A program made the translations under genes and the position numbers. A stretch of 64,000 bases of DNA from IMG/VR virus record IMGVR_UViG_3300025425_000002, one strand, 5' to 3'. Each line of letters starts with the position of its first letter. Positions within the stretch are counted from its first letter, which is position 1. The notes under the pieces were generated by a model. The model saw only the letters and a program-made list of their open reading frames with translations, was not told the origin of the DNA and searched no databases. Below, piece after piece: positions 36,738 through 45,343 of the stretch. The DNA comes from a virus.

Positions 36738-38720
36738 TTATTTTTTATAGTAAAATGATTCTTCTCCTGCAGCTTTTAAAGGCATATCTTTTGCCCAATC
36801 TGGAAGCATTAGCATTAGCCTGTTAACTTCATCTAACGACCCCACACCAACCGGCATTTCGGTAACTGACTCATCGTGTACATGTAAAACGGTTTTGTAT
36901 CCTGCTCGGTCTAAGTTCTGCAAACCGTTCATCAATATATCCCTAGCGGTTGCTTGCGCACAATTTTCCGCCAATTTCCCAGAATACGTGTCCATCTTAC
37001 ACCATTTTTTTTTGGTCTGGTCAACCCCCCAATATACAATTCGCTCTCCGTATTCTCCTTCCTCGAGAGATGTGCTTATATAGACCAACTCCCTACCACT
37101 AGGCAACGTAAAAAATAATGAATTACCTACCGTGTGGAATGAAAGTCCTCTATTTGGTGCTAAGTATTCACTTCTTACTAGCGTTTCGTGTACATACACT
37201 TTGGTCTTAGTTTTTATAGCTTGTATAGCTTGTATAGCAGCAGCCTGTAATGCGTACCAAAAACTTACAATGCTTGGGTTAGCGTTGCGCCACCCTTTCA
37301 CAATAGCGGGCAGTTCTTCCTCGGTAAGGCCAGAGTTCAGAGCCCCTCCGTTTATTAGCGCACCTACGGATCCCTGATAACCAAGTAAAAGCGTACTTAT
37401 TTTACCCTTTTGTCGCCAATGCGAATCTTTGGTTATACTTTCAACAGGTATGTTAAACATTTTGGCCGCTGTCATTTCGTAAATCTTACCGTGTGTACGG
37501 AACACTTCGAGCGCCCACTCCTCTCCTGCGAGCCACGCTATGACAACTCCTTCAATCGCACTATAATCTGAAATGATGAATCGCTTACCAGGTGCGGGTA
37601 TAAGCGAACTTCGTAATAAGGAAGAGAGCGTATCGGGTATAGCCCCGTAGGTGAACTCAAGCCAGTCAGGATCATTCAGCATGACTAAATCACGTATAGG
37701 TTCTATGTTCTTGACATTTCCTCTTGGAAAGTTTCCGGTCTGTATCAACCTGTGAGAATCTCTCCCCGTGCGATTAGCACCATAATATTGGTGAACACCT
37801 CGAATCCGTCCATCCTTGCACACGCATTCTAGCATCCTCGGGTATTTCTTCACAGAGGTTTTGGAACCCTCTTGGCGTATCTGAAGTACGCGCTTAACCA
37901 CTTCGCTATCCGTGCTTTTCAGGATAACGGGTATGCTTTCCTTATTTAAGGATTTTATATCTTCGCCTGTTTCTTTAAAGAGCCACTTCTTCAACTGCGC
38001 TACACTCTTAGGGTTATCTAGTCCTGTCAGTTTCTCCGCTTCGGTAAGTAGGTTAGCTTCATAGTGGTTAATGAGCGCTATAGCATTGCGCACAAAGGGT
38101 ATGTTAATGCCGACACCGTTCTTATTTATCTTCATATCTAAACACCACTGTTTATGCTCGAACTCACTTATATTGTAGAAACTTAACTTCTTAGAAATCT
38201 CCCACTCTGCTTCTACATCCTTCTTACAGTAATCTATGAACTGCGCCCACTTGACAGGATCGTGCTCAGGCAGGTTTCGGGTTCTGAAATCATTGGCTTT
38301 TGTGGGTTTACAAGGTACACAAAAATATCTAATTAGTGCAGACCCGCTTTTATCTTTTTGATTCTCTAAGTTTAGAACAGCTGCTGCTTGTTCCAGATTC
38401 ATAGGCAGTCCACACATTGCCGTACGCACCTGTGTACATTCCCACTGCTCAACCGGCAATTCTATCCCGAGCCATGATTCTAATTGCGAAATCTCGAAGG
38501 CGGCGTTGAAGGCTTTCTTCTTTATATCCGGATTAGTTAAATCTGAAATTATATATACCGGTATGGGGTTTCCTTTCAGTAAGTCCACGCAGTGCGTAGG
38601 GTTGTCATCGTATTTGAATCCGAATAAAATAACCTCCACTTCCTCAGCATAACGATAAGCTCCGGCTTTCAGCAGATCAATTTCACAATACGTTTCTATG
38701 TCGATGTGGAGTGAAGTCAT
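36738..38720 (-). CDS. family A DNA polymerase with 3'-5' exonuclease domain
   Basis: HIDIETY (Exo I), ISDYSAIE (motif A), RQKGKISTLLLGYQG (motif B), LHVHDE (motif C). Confidence 0.9.
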   Translation of the reverse strand: MTSLHIDIETYCEIDLLKAGAYRYAEEVEVILFGFKYDDNPTHCVDLLKGNPIPVYIISDLTNPDIKKKAFNAAFEISQLESWLGIELPVEQWECTQVRTAMCGLPMNLEQAAAVLNLENQKDKSGSALIRYFCVPCKPTKANDFRTRNLPEHDPVKWAQFIDYCKKDVEAEWEISKKLSFYNISEFEHKQWCLDMKINKNGVGINIPFVRNAIALINHYEANLLTEAEKLTGLDNPKSVAQLKKWLFKETGEDIKSLNKESIPVILKSTDSEVVKRVLQIRQEGSKTSVKKYPRMLECVCKDGRIRGVHQYYGANRTGRDSHRLIQTGNFPRGNVKNIEPIRDLVMLNDPDWLEFTYGAIPDTLSSLLRSSLIPAPGKRFIISDYSAIEGVVIAWLAGEEWALEVFRTHGKIYEMTAAKMFNIPVESITKDSHWRQKGKISTLLLGYQGSVGALINGGALNSGLTEEELPAIVKGWRNANPSIVSFWYALQAAAIQAIQAIKTKTKVYVHETLVRSEYLAPNRGLSFHTVGNSLFFTLPSGRELVYISTSLEEGEYGERIVYWGVDQTKKKWCKMDTYSGKLAENCAQATARDILMNGLQNLDRAGYKTVLHVHDESVTEMPVGVGSLDEVNRLMLMLPDWAKDMPLKAAGEESFYYKK

Positions 38721-38887
38721 TTTGTTAGGTAGGTATTTGGTAAGTTTAAAACTTTAAGTAGTGTTATTATGCCTGTTGGCCCCTCTTTTATTCTATTGCA
38801 GTAAGCGCAATCTTCTTTAGTACACTCGTGAGTCTGCCCTGTTGTGGTGACTTCGATTTTGTCTAAATATTTTTTTAAGTCGCTCAT
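38717..38887 (-). CDS. 56-aa protein with a CxxxxCxxC cluster, first gene of the leftward operon
   Basis: MSDLKKYLDKIEVTTTGQTHECTKEDCAYCNRIKEG... Its TGA overlaps the polymerase ATG (ATGA). Below the track cutoff. Confidence 0.5.
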   Translation of the reverse strand: MSDLKKYLDKIEVTTTGQTHECTKEDCAYCNRIKEGPTGIITLLKVLNLPNTYLTK

Positions 38888-38897
38888 TGTGGGACAA

Positions 38898-38905
38898 CAA
38901 ATGTA
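38898..38905 (-). promoter_or_regulatory. candidate Bacteroidota-type -7 box (TACATTTG) for the leftward replication operon
   Basis: Perfect TAnnTTTG on the minus strand, 10 nt upstream of the ATG at 38887, in an AT-rich divergent region. Confidence 0.4.
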
Positions 38906-38952
38906 TAAATTTATTTCAATAAAAATTATTTTTTTTTATCGAATATTATTTT

Positions 38953-38960
38953 TATGTTTG
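38953..38960 (+). promoter_or_regulatory. candidate Bacteroidota-type -7 box (TATGTTTG) for the rightward 38993-41849 operon
   Basis: Perfect TAnnTTTG, 32 nt upstream of the ATG at 38993. Confidence 0.4.
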
Positions 38961-38992
38961 TAGTCGACAATTGAAGTAAAACAAAAACAGAA

Positions 38993-39184
38993 ATGGAACT
39001 ACAAGAAACATGGTGGGAGAAGTTAGATGGGCTAACTACTAAAGAGTGCATGCCTTTAGAGGGCACACCTCAGCAAACCATTTACTCTGCCCTTAGAGAT
39101 AATAAGCGCAAACTGAAGGGTCGGCAGTTCCGCATCCAGACAGACAAGAAGAGTAAGGCTCAATTTGTTTGTCGCTTAAAATAG
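38993..39184 (+). CDS. hypothetical small basic protein (63 aa)
   Basis: ATG start, first gene of the plus-strand insert. Confidence 0.5.
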   Translation: MELQETWWEKLDGLTTKECMPLEGTPQQTIYSALRDNKRKLKGRQFRIQTDKKSKAQFVCRLK

Positions 39185-39199
39185 AAAACCAAAACAAAT

Positions 39200-39715
39200 A
39201 TGAAAATAGTAATCAATGTAGAAGCTGACTCAGTAGAGGAAGCGCAGGCCGCTTTTGCTCAATTAGCAGGCACGGCTCAATTAGCAGGCACAGCGCAAGA
39301 AGCTAAAGAAGAAACTGCTCAGGTAGAAAAGCCGAGAGCATCGCGCGCAAAACCGGTAGATAAAGTTGTAGAAACGCCTGCGGTAGCTGATCCTTTGGTA
39401 AACGCTCCTGAGACTAAGGTAGTACCTATTAATGCTGACCCTCTAGCTGGACAAGCTACATCGGTCGGCCCACTAACTGCCGCTCCGGTAACTCAAACTA
39501 CCGCTGACCCACTAACTGCTGCTCCGGTAACTCAAACTGGCCTAATCTCCTTGGCGACGCTTCGTGAGCAAATTGGTAAGATGGGCGACAAGCGTCAGCT
39601 AGTTAAAGACTTGATGGGTAAGTACTTCAAGTCGGACGGACAGCCTTGCGAAAGACCTCCTGACTTACAAGAGAAGGACTACCAGTCATTCTTTGACGCT
39701 TTAGAGTGGTTGTAG
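39200..39715 (+). CDS. Ala/Pro/Thr-rich repeat protein (171 aa)
   Basis: Contains an 18-bp tandem duplication (39257-39292, AQLAGT x2) and a 39-bp tandem duplication (about 39468-39540, DPLTAAPVTQT x2). Confidence 0.6.
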   Translation: MKIVINVEADSVEEAQAAFAQLAGTAQLAGTAQEAKEETAQVEKPRASRAKPVDKVVETPAVADPLVNAPETKVVPINADPLAGQATSVGPLTAAPVTQTTADPLTAAPVTQTGLISLATLREQIGKMGDKRQLVKDLMGKYFKSDGQPCERPPDLQEKDYQSFFDALEWL

Positions 39716-39719
39716 TATT

Positions 39720-40904
39720 ATGGGAGAAGCATCAGCACACGCAAAACTATCACCATCGTCTGCAAAGCGGTGGTTAGCCTGCACGCCCTCTGCGCATTTC
39801 GAGTCGCAGTTTCCAAACGTGGAGACTGTGTTCGCCGCAGAGGGCACGCTTGCCCATGCCGTAGCCCAAGAAATATTAGAGTTCAGGCTAGGCTTGCAAA
39901 CCGAAGAGAGCTACATCGACAACCTAATCAAACACCAATCTCATAAGCTGTACGCCGATGAGATGTTAACGCATGCCGAGCAGTACGCTGACTTCTGTCT
40001 GTACGATGCAGAAGAGGGTGACGTGTGCGCCGTAGAGACTCGGTTAGACATTACGGAGTTCGTGCCGGAAGGGTTCGGTACAGGTGACTTTATGCGCGTT
40101 CACATAGAACGCAAAGTATTGAAGTTCAAAGACCTCAAATATGGAAAGGGCGTTGCCGTTTCGGCTATTGATAACGAGCAGCTCAAAATATACGCATTGG
40201 GTGCTCTGGCGTGGTGGGGGTGGGTGTACGACATCGAAACCGTTGAGGTGAGCATTTATCAGCCTCGCATCAATAACAACTCTACGTGGAGTATATCAGT
40301 AGTAGACTTAGTGAACTGGGCAGAAACGGTCGTTAGACCTAAAGCTAAATTAGCGTTTGTGGGAGAGGGAGAGTTTGTAGTGGGCGACCACTGTAAGTTC
40401 TGCCGTGCCAGAGTACGTTGCCAAGCCTTAGCCGATCATAATTTGGATCTGTTCAAACACGAACTAAAGTCAAGTGAGGAGCTATCCGATGAATCCTTAA
40501 TCGAAATTGTGAAGAGGGGCAGCTTACTCGCTGCCTGGTACAAGGATATTGAGGAATATGTGCTGAGTGAGGCGGTCAAAGGGAAGCATTGGGAGGGGTT
40601 TAAATTAGTGGAAGGCAAGAGTAACAGAGTGTTTGTTAGCGCGTCCGCTACGGAGGCTAAACTGCTCGAAGAAGGGTTCACCGATATATACACGCCGGAA
40701 GTCTTACTAGGTATAACTGCCTTAAAGAAGAGTATAGGTGCCAAGGCATTCAAAGCGTTCGTCGAACCAGATTTGCGCAAGCCTGCGGGTAAACCGACTT
40801 TGGTGGGCGTGGATGACCCAAGACCTGCGTTCGATGACGCACTTAGTGTGTTCAAGGATGCTGAGATTTCGGCAGAGATAGGAGAGGAGGGTGATGATGA
40901 TTAA
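39720..40904 (+). CDS. PD-(D/E)XK nuclease, DUF2800 / Cas4-RecB-like
   Basis: N-terminal AHAKLSPSSAKRWLACTPS, GTGDFMRV...FKDLKYGKG nuclease core, and a CKFCRARVRCQ Cys cluster. Confidence 0.8.
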   Translation: MGEASAHAKLSPSSAKRWLACTPSAHFESQFPNVETVFAAEGTLAHAVAQEILEFRLGLQTEESYIDNLIKHQSHKLYADEMLTHAEQYADFCLYDAEEGDVCAVETRLDITEFVPEGFGTGDFMRVHIERKVLKFKDLKYGKGVAVSAIDNEQLKIYALGALAWWGWVYDIETVEVSIYQPRINNNSTWSISVVDLVNWAETVVRPKAKLAFVGEGEFVVGDHCKFCRARVRCQALADHNLDLFKHELKSSEELSDESLIEIVKRGSLLAAWYKDIEEYVLSEAVKGKHWEGFKLVEGKSNRVFVSASATEAKLLEEGFTDIYTPEVLLGITALKKSIGAKAFKAFVEPDLRKPAGKPTLVGVDDPRPAFDDALSVFKDAEISAEIGEEGDDD

Positions 40905-41205
40905 GGAGCAATTTGAACACATATCCGACTGGCAAACCAAAACATTCGGTCAAGCCACAGCACTATCTAAGATTGTGCATCTGAAGCAGGAAGTACAGGA
41001 GTTGGAAGCAGATATCCGTTCAGGTAATATAGAACGGAGATTGGAGTATGCAGATTGTTTCATACTTTTGTTCGGCGCGGCATCCTCTGATGGTATGTCG
41101 TACCAAGACATAACCGCTTGCATTAATGAGAAGATGCGTATCAATGAAAATAGAGTGTGGGGTCTTCCGGACGAGAATGGGGTAGTTAATCATATTAAAA
41201 GTTAA
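40894..41205 (+). CDS. MazG-like nucleoside triphosphate pyrophosphohydrolase (all-alpha NTP-PPase)
   Basis: LKQEVQELEADI ... EYADCFILLFG fits the E..E...E..D pattern. The track start is a GTG at 40891; the first ATG is at 40894. Confidence 0.55.
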   Translation: MMIKEQFEHISDWQTKTFGQATALSKIVHLKQEVQELEADIRSGNIERRLEYADCFILLFGAASSDGMSYQDITACINEKMRINENRVWGLPDENGVVNHIKS

Positions 41206-41206
41206 A

Positions 41207-41261
41207 CAAGTAAATCAAGTAAATCAAGTAAATCAAGTATAAACAATTAAATCAAGTGAAA
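41207..41261. repeat. 9-bp tandem repeat CAAGTAAAT x3 perfect + 3 degenerate copies
   Basis: caagtaaat caagtaaat caagtaaat caagtataaa caattaaat caagtgaaa, immediately upstream of the SSB ATG. Confidence 0.9.
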
Positions 41262-41849
41262 ATGTCAGATCTACAATCAAATGAAGTAGTAACCGGAGAG
41301 TGCCGGTTATCGTACGTAACCTTGGCGGAGCCAACGTTAATGAAGGGTGCAGCTAAGGCCACCTACAGTGTTAAAATTCTAATCGCAAAGACTGACACGG
41401 CAACGCTTAAAGCGTTAGGTGCGGCTCGGGATGCGGCTAGAGCCAACGGCGTGGCCGAAGGCAAGAAGCCTTTTTCTACCTACAATGCCGCTAAATTAGC
41501 TTCGATGAACTTAACCTTGAAGGATGGCGATGAGTCAGATCGCGATGAGGAAGCGGGTTGCTGGTTACTGAATGCCAAAACACCCGAAGATAAGCCACCA
41601 GGTGTTATCAACGAGAAGAAAGAGCGTACTAAAGATCCTATCGAGATTTACTCAGGTATGTATGGTAGAGTTCACTTGCAGTTGTTTCCTTACGACACAA
41701 ATGGCAACGCGGGTATAGGGGTTAGCTTGCAGAATGTGATGAAGACTAAAGACGGTGATCCGCTAGGTGGCGCACGTAAGCGCCCAGAGGATGTGTTTGG
41801 TTCTCCTGCAGATGCAAGTCCTTTTGAGACAAGCGGAAGTCCTATCTAA
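41262..41849 (+). CDS. ssDNA-binding protein, DUF2815 type
   Basis: The N-terminal VVTGECRLSYVTLAEP is typical of this family. Genomic context with DUF2800 and PolA. The track start is a GTG at 41256; the first ATG is at 41262. Confidence 0.65.
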   Translation: MSDLQSNEVVTGECRLSYVTLAEPTLMKGAAKATYSVKILIAKTDTATLKALGAARDAARANGVAEGKKPFSTYNAAKLASMNLTLKDGDESDRDEEAGCWLLNAKTPEDKPPGVINEKKERTKDPIEIYSGMYGRVHLQLFPYDTNGNAGIGVSLQNVMKTKDGDPLGGARKRPEDVFGSPADASPFETSGSPI

Positions 41850-41870
41850 TCGTATTAGCTTAAAACAAGA

Positions 41871-41899
41871 AAAGCCTCTCAGAAATGGGAGGCTTTTTT
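41871..41899. terminator. bidirectional rho-independent terminator
   Basis: AAGCCTC..GAGGCTT stem flanked by an A-run and a T-run (aaaagcctctcagaaatgggaggctttttta), between convergent genes. Confidence 0.7.
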
Positions 41900-41904
41900 A
41901 TTTG

Positions 41905-41981
41905 AGCGGGTAGTGGGACTCGAACCCACTTTACCCAATCGCTGCAAAACCACGTAGGAATTACAATGCAGGTATACTCGC
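41905..41981 (-). other. tRNA-like element: canonical T-arm + Gly-type acceptor 3' strand, degenerate 5' half
   Basis: Minus strand ...GTGGG TTCGAGT CCCAC TACCCGC T. A partner GCGAGTA lies 77 nt upstream. No D-arm or anticodon stem can be folded, and there is no CCA. Confidence 0.5.
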
Positions 41982-42565
41982 TACCAATCATCAATAGTTT
42001 TACCTTTTACAATATTGTACACTTGCCAAGTTAGTTCCAAATCGTAGACTGCATCGTGCAACTTACTATCGTCCACATCAACGCCAACCCATTTAGCGAC
42101 TCTGTGTAGCTTGAATGAGGGCATTTTATGACGGTCGGGCATCAAGTACTGTCCTGCTAACACCATAACATCTATCCCATTCTGCCAAAAATAATTTCCG
42201 AAACTACTATCCCCCTCTAGCACGAATAAATTACGGAGAAATTCATTATCGAACCAGCTATTGTTATACCCCACCAGGAAGAACTTGTCTTCCGGATTGA
42301 ACAGGTCAATGTGCTTATCCAATAAATCCACAAACCTTCCAAACTGAACGGTTCTATGCTCGTAAGCCATAACTGTTTCCGGGTCTACACCAGATACTTT
42401 CAAAGCCATCTCATCAATTACCGCTTTCTCATGCGGTCTTATCTTCAAATCAATTACTTCTGTAATCTTACCGTCTATGACTACCATAGCGGAGAGCTGG
42501 TGGATGCTGTGCTGCCAGTGTTTAACGCCGGTAGTCTCTACGTCAAACACTAAAATCTTCTCCAT
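41981..42565 (-). CDS. DEDDh 3'-5' exonuclease (DnaQ/epsilon-like)
   Basis: LVFDVETTG (Exo I), GYNNSWFDNEFL (Exo II), HDAVYDLELT (Exo III, H-x4-D). Confidence 0.85.
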   Translation of the reverse strand: MEKILVFDVETTGVKHWQHSIHQLSAMVVIDGKITEVIDLKIRPHEKAVIDEMALKVSGVDPETVMAYEHRTVQFGRFVDLLDKHIDLFNPEDKFFLVGYNNSWFDNEFLRNLFVLEGDSSFGNYFWQNGIDVMVLAGQYLMPDRHKMPSFKLHRVAKWVGVDVDDSKLHDAVYDLELTWQVYNIVKGKTIDDW

Positions 42566-42708
42566 CAGTAAAAATTTAAAAATAAACAGCCTCCGTAGTC
42601 ACGCTTGAATATCGCAAGCGCCTCCTGTTCGGAGTGCGCCTCTATGCTTACGGTGCGTGATCTGCCGTAATAGTCTTCATATTCTATTTTAAATTCTTCT
42701 GTTGTCAT
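42565..42708 (-). CDS. 47-aa hypothetical protein
   Basis: ATGA-coupled to the RNase H-like gene and TGATG-coupled to the exonuclease gene. Below the track cutoff. Confidence 0.45.
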   Translation of the reverse strand: MTTEEFKIEYEDYYGRSRTVSIEAHSEQEALAIFKRDYGGCLFLNFY

Positions 42709-43190
42709 AATAAAATATCTGTTAAATCATAAATTATAGCCTTAAAGCTACCTTTGTTTTTTCGGTGTTGTTTGCTGACCTTATCACACCATCTGTTCAT
42801 TACCGATGCGTCGTCATGCCCTCCGGTATGCGCCTTGGCGTGATTAAGTTCTATCAAGTCAAACACCTCACTTGGGCGGTTGCCGTTCTTCAAAGCGAGT
42901 CCTATCAGGTTGAACACATAGGGGTGTTTGATATCTTTCATCCGGTGTATCGCCTCTGTGCTATCTGTGAATATCTCCACCTTGGTCAGCGGTACTAGGT
43001 CTTTAGTGAATAAGAGAGTCACTGCATCGTTTATTGCGTAAAGTTCTCCTTTAGCAATCTTATCTATGTGATGCACGTAACCTGCGACTCTGTACTCGAA
43101 CTGGTAGCACTTTATAATGTAGGCATAGCCACATCCACCTCCTGCGTTGTTCACATTTACCGATGCGTCTGTATAGATTTGGATGTTCAC
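42705..43190 (-). CDS. RNase H-like (RNase HI fold) nuclease
   Basis: IYTDAS ... GELYAINDA ... IFTDS ... C-terminal H/D residues give a DEDD-like arrangement. GTG start overlaps the upstream stop. Confidence 0.55.
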   Translation of the reverse strand: MNIQIYTDASVNVNNAGGGCGYAYIIKCYQFEYRVAGYVHHIDKIAKGELYAINDAVTLLFTKDLVPLTKVEIFTDSTEAIHRMKDIKHPYVFNLIGLALKNGNRPSEVFDLIELNHAKAHTGGHDDASVMNRWCDKVSKQHRKNKGSFKAIIYDLTDILL

Positions 43191-44392
43191 TACAAATCCT
43201 CCATTATCTCATAACTAATCTCACCACCCGTTCTATCCACCATCTCTATGCCCATTTGAAGGTCTTCCTTCTCCGCCCAAGCCAATACCTCTTGTAGTGA
43301 CACATTGTCTAGCATAGAGGCGTCAAAGTGCAGCATCCTAACATTACCCACGTTAATTGATGCCAGTTTAAGCGCTGCAATGTAAATAGCGGAGGAGGAT
43401 AGCTGCTCCTTGGTTAGCGGATAGCCGTTGTAAGTGATCCCCTCATCGGCAAAGCCAAAGCCCTTGGGCATCTTAGCGCCTTTAATGAGGGCGTCTTTCT
43501 CTGCCATAAGGTCCTTAACGGCTAAGTCCTTCTCGTGTGCGATGTCTTTAAGCCCGGTCAGGCTCTCTAGGGCGATGCGTAGTCGATTGTTCTCTTCTAT
43601 GCGTATATTTTGTTGCTTTAAGGCGGTGAGTGTCTCTGAGAGCTCCGATACGTGCTCAGGCGTCTTAGGTTGCAAGTCCGGTGCGCTTAACTGCTCATCC
43701 AGAGTATCCAACTTAGCCCCTATCTGTTTCAACTCCTCTAGTAAGGCCTGCTGGCGCCTCATTAGCTCCTCTTCCTGCCCTGTTAATTGGGCGTAGTAGC
43801 GGTTGTGGCTCTCTACACCCAATAGTTCCTTCTGCAAGTCCTCTGTGGGTGTAGGCTCAAGCGGTAGCTTCTCATCCACGTACTTACCTTTGTAAGTAAT
43901 CTCCACTCGGTCCACATCCCGATTAGCCTCCTTGCGATCTTCGGTCGCCTTGACGTACCGCTCATCAATACCACTAAAGTCAAGCCCTAACAATTTCTCC
44001 AAAGACTTTCTCTGCGCTGCTGGTGATTCGTTCAGGAACTTATCAATGTCAAAACTGCCGGGGCTGAACCACTTGATGATGTCTGTGATGACTGAGGTCT
44101 TGCTTCCATCGCTGCTGATTAGGGTTAACTTCTCCCCGGCTTTGGTTTCTGTGCTCAACTCCCACTCAATCCGATCCCCTGAAGTGAACTCCATGACGTA
44201 CATACCAGAGGTTTCTCCGGCCCTGACAAGGTGGTCTGCTTTCAGCTTTAAAAGCCGGTCTTTCAGCGAGCGGAGCAAGGTAGACTTACCTTTGTTGTTG
44301 CCCCCCATCAGGATTGCCGTTGCTCCGTTGAGGTTCAACTCTTGCTCTGCGATGGCTTTTACATTGGTTACTTTAATTCTTTTTACTTTCAT
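43190..44392 (-). CDS. SMC/Rad50/RecF-like ABC ATPase with central coiled coil (400 aa from MKVKRIKV)
   Basis: ILMGGNNKGKSTLL Walker A, a long coiled-coil middle, LSSSA signature-like motif, and MLHFDASMLD Walker B. The track ORF extends 16 codons upstream. Confidence 0.7.
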   Translation of the reverse strand: MKVKRIKVTNVKAIAEQELNLNGATAILMGGNNKGKSTLLRSLKDRLLKLKADHLVRAGETSGMYVMEFTSGDRIEWELSTETKAGEKLTLISSDGSKTSVITDIIKWFSPGSFDIDKFLNESPAAQRKSLEKLLGLDFSGIDERYVKATEDRKEANRDVDRVEITYKGKYVDEKLPLEPTPTEDLQKELLGVESHNRYYAQLTGQEEELMRRQQALLEELKQIGAKLDTLDEQLSAPDLQPKTPEHVSELSETLTALKQQNIRIEENNRLRIALESLTGLKDIAHEKDLAVKDLMAEKDALIKGAKMPKGFGFADEGITYNGYPLTKEQLSSSAIYIAALKLASINVGNVRMLHFDASMLDNVSLQEVLAWAEKEDLQMGIEMVDRTGGEISYEIMEDL

Positions 44393-44412
44393 TTTTTTTG
44401 TTTGGTTAAGGT

Positions 44413-45285
44413 TTAAAAAGGTTCGCACGACTCTGCGCATCCGCCGTACTCTATTTGGTCTAACTCAAAATCAAAATTAGGCTTATTGGTGTCAGAGTAT
44501 TTTAGGAAATCTTCATCGATTAGTAACCTCAAATCTGCCATTGATCGGTTCTCCCTAAAAAAATAATAAGGTGCGTGGCCTTGCGTCCTGCTAGGTGGTG
44601 TGAACATAGAGTACTTTCTCTCCATATCTTCAACCCATGTGTCGTTTGGCGCTTCCAATGCTTGTGTGAGTATTTTCCTGTCTGTTTTTTTATAGCACCT
44701 TCGGCAATTACCTTGGTGCTCCATCAAACCTAGATCAAAAGGCTGCTGTTTAAAGAATTGCAGTACGTCTGCTTTAGCTATCTTCCACTCGTATAGTGGG
44801 TAGTACTGTTTCTCAATTAAAGCCTTTTCGAGTTTAACACGTCCCGGTTCATCGAATCTGTACCCTATCGCCGTAGTGTATTTTTTGTGCTCTCCCCACC
44901 CTATACTTTTCATATATGCACGGATGGGGTTTGTCTTCAATTCGCGGGTACAGTGGGGGAATTGGGTGTTGGGGATACCATACTTCTTTATGACCTCTTC
45001 AAAAACGCTTCCGTCTCTTTTAGCGGTTTCAAAATTAACCACTTTGTACGTACTTCCTTTTCGCTTGTTGTGATGCACAATAGCTTCGACCCATGTAATA
45101 GGTATACCCCAATACTTAGTAATATTAGCAACAAAAACCAGCGTTTCTTCTTTCTCCCTGCTGGTGTTGGCAAATACGAAAATCATTTCATACTTTTCTT
45201 GGTAGCGGTCATGCAGGAGTTTAGCCATAAGCGCGGAAGTCCTACCCCCTGATACGGATACTAATAGCTTCTTTTTGCTTAGCAT
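44413..45285 (-). CDS. PAPS-reductase-family PP-loop ATP pyrophosphatase (CysH/DndC-like fold)
   Basis: LLVSVSGGRTSA PP-loop, YPLYEWKIAKADVLQF...QGNCRRCYKK and a terminal GGCAESC. The track GTG start at 45366 is rejected for the ATG at 45285, which has a GGAGGA upstream. Confidence 0.7.
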   Translation of the reverse strand: MLSKKKLLVSVSGGRTSALMAKLLHDRYQEKYEMIFVFANTSREKEETLVFVANITKYWGIPITWVEAIVHHNKRKGSTYKVVNFETAKRDGSVFEEVIKKYGIPNTQFPHCTRELKTNPIRAYMKSIGWGEHKKYTTAIGYRFDEPGRVKLEKALIEKQYYPLYEWKIAKADVLQFFKQQPFDLGLMEHQGNCRRCYKKTDRKILTQALEAPNDTWVEDMERKYSMFTPPSRTQGHAPYYFFRENRSMADLRLLIDEDFLKYSDTNKPNFDFELDQIEYGGCAESCEPF

Positions 45286-45343
45286 GGGTAATCCTCCGCT
45301 AGTATAGAGGTTAAGGTTTCTAGGGTCTTCATAATTTATTTGG

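Noticed and set aside
41905-41981. A functional tRNA gene
   Set aside because: Only the T-arm and acceptor 3' strand are canonical. I could not fold a D-arm or an anticodon stem, and the D-loop GG is absent. It is kept as a tRNA-like fragment only.
43434-44480. Plus-strand ORFs 43434..43796 and 43932..44480
   Set aside because: They are antisense to the SMC-like ATPase gene, which has Walker A and B motifs. Their sequence is Ser/Leu-rich mirror sequence.
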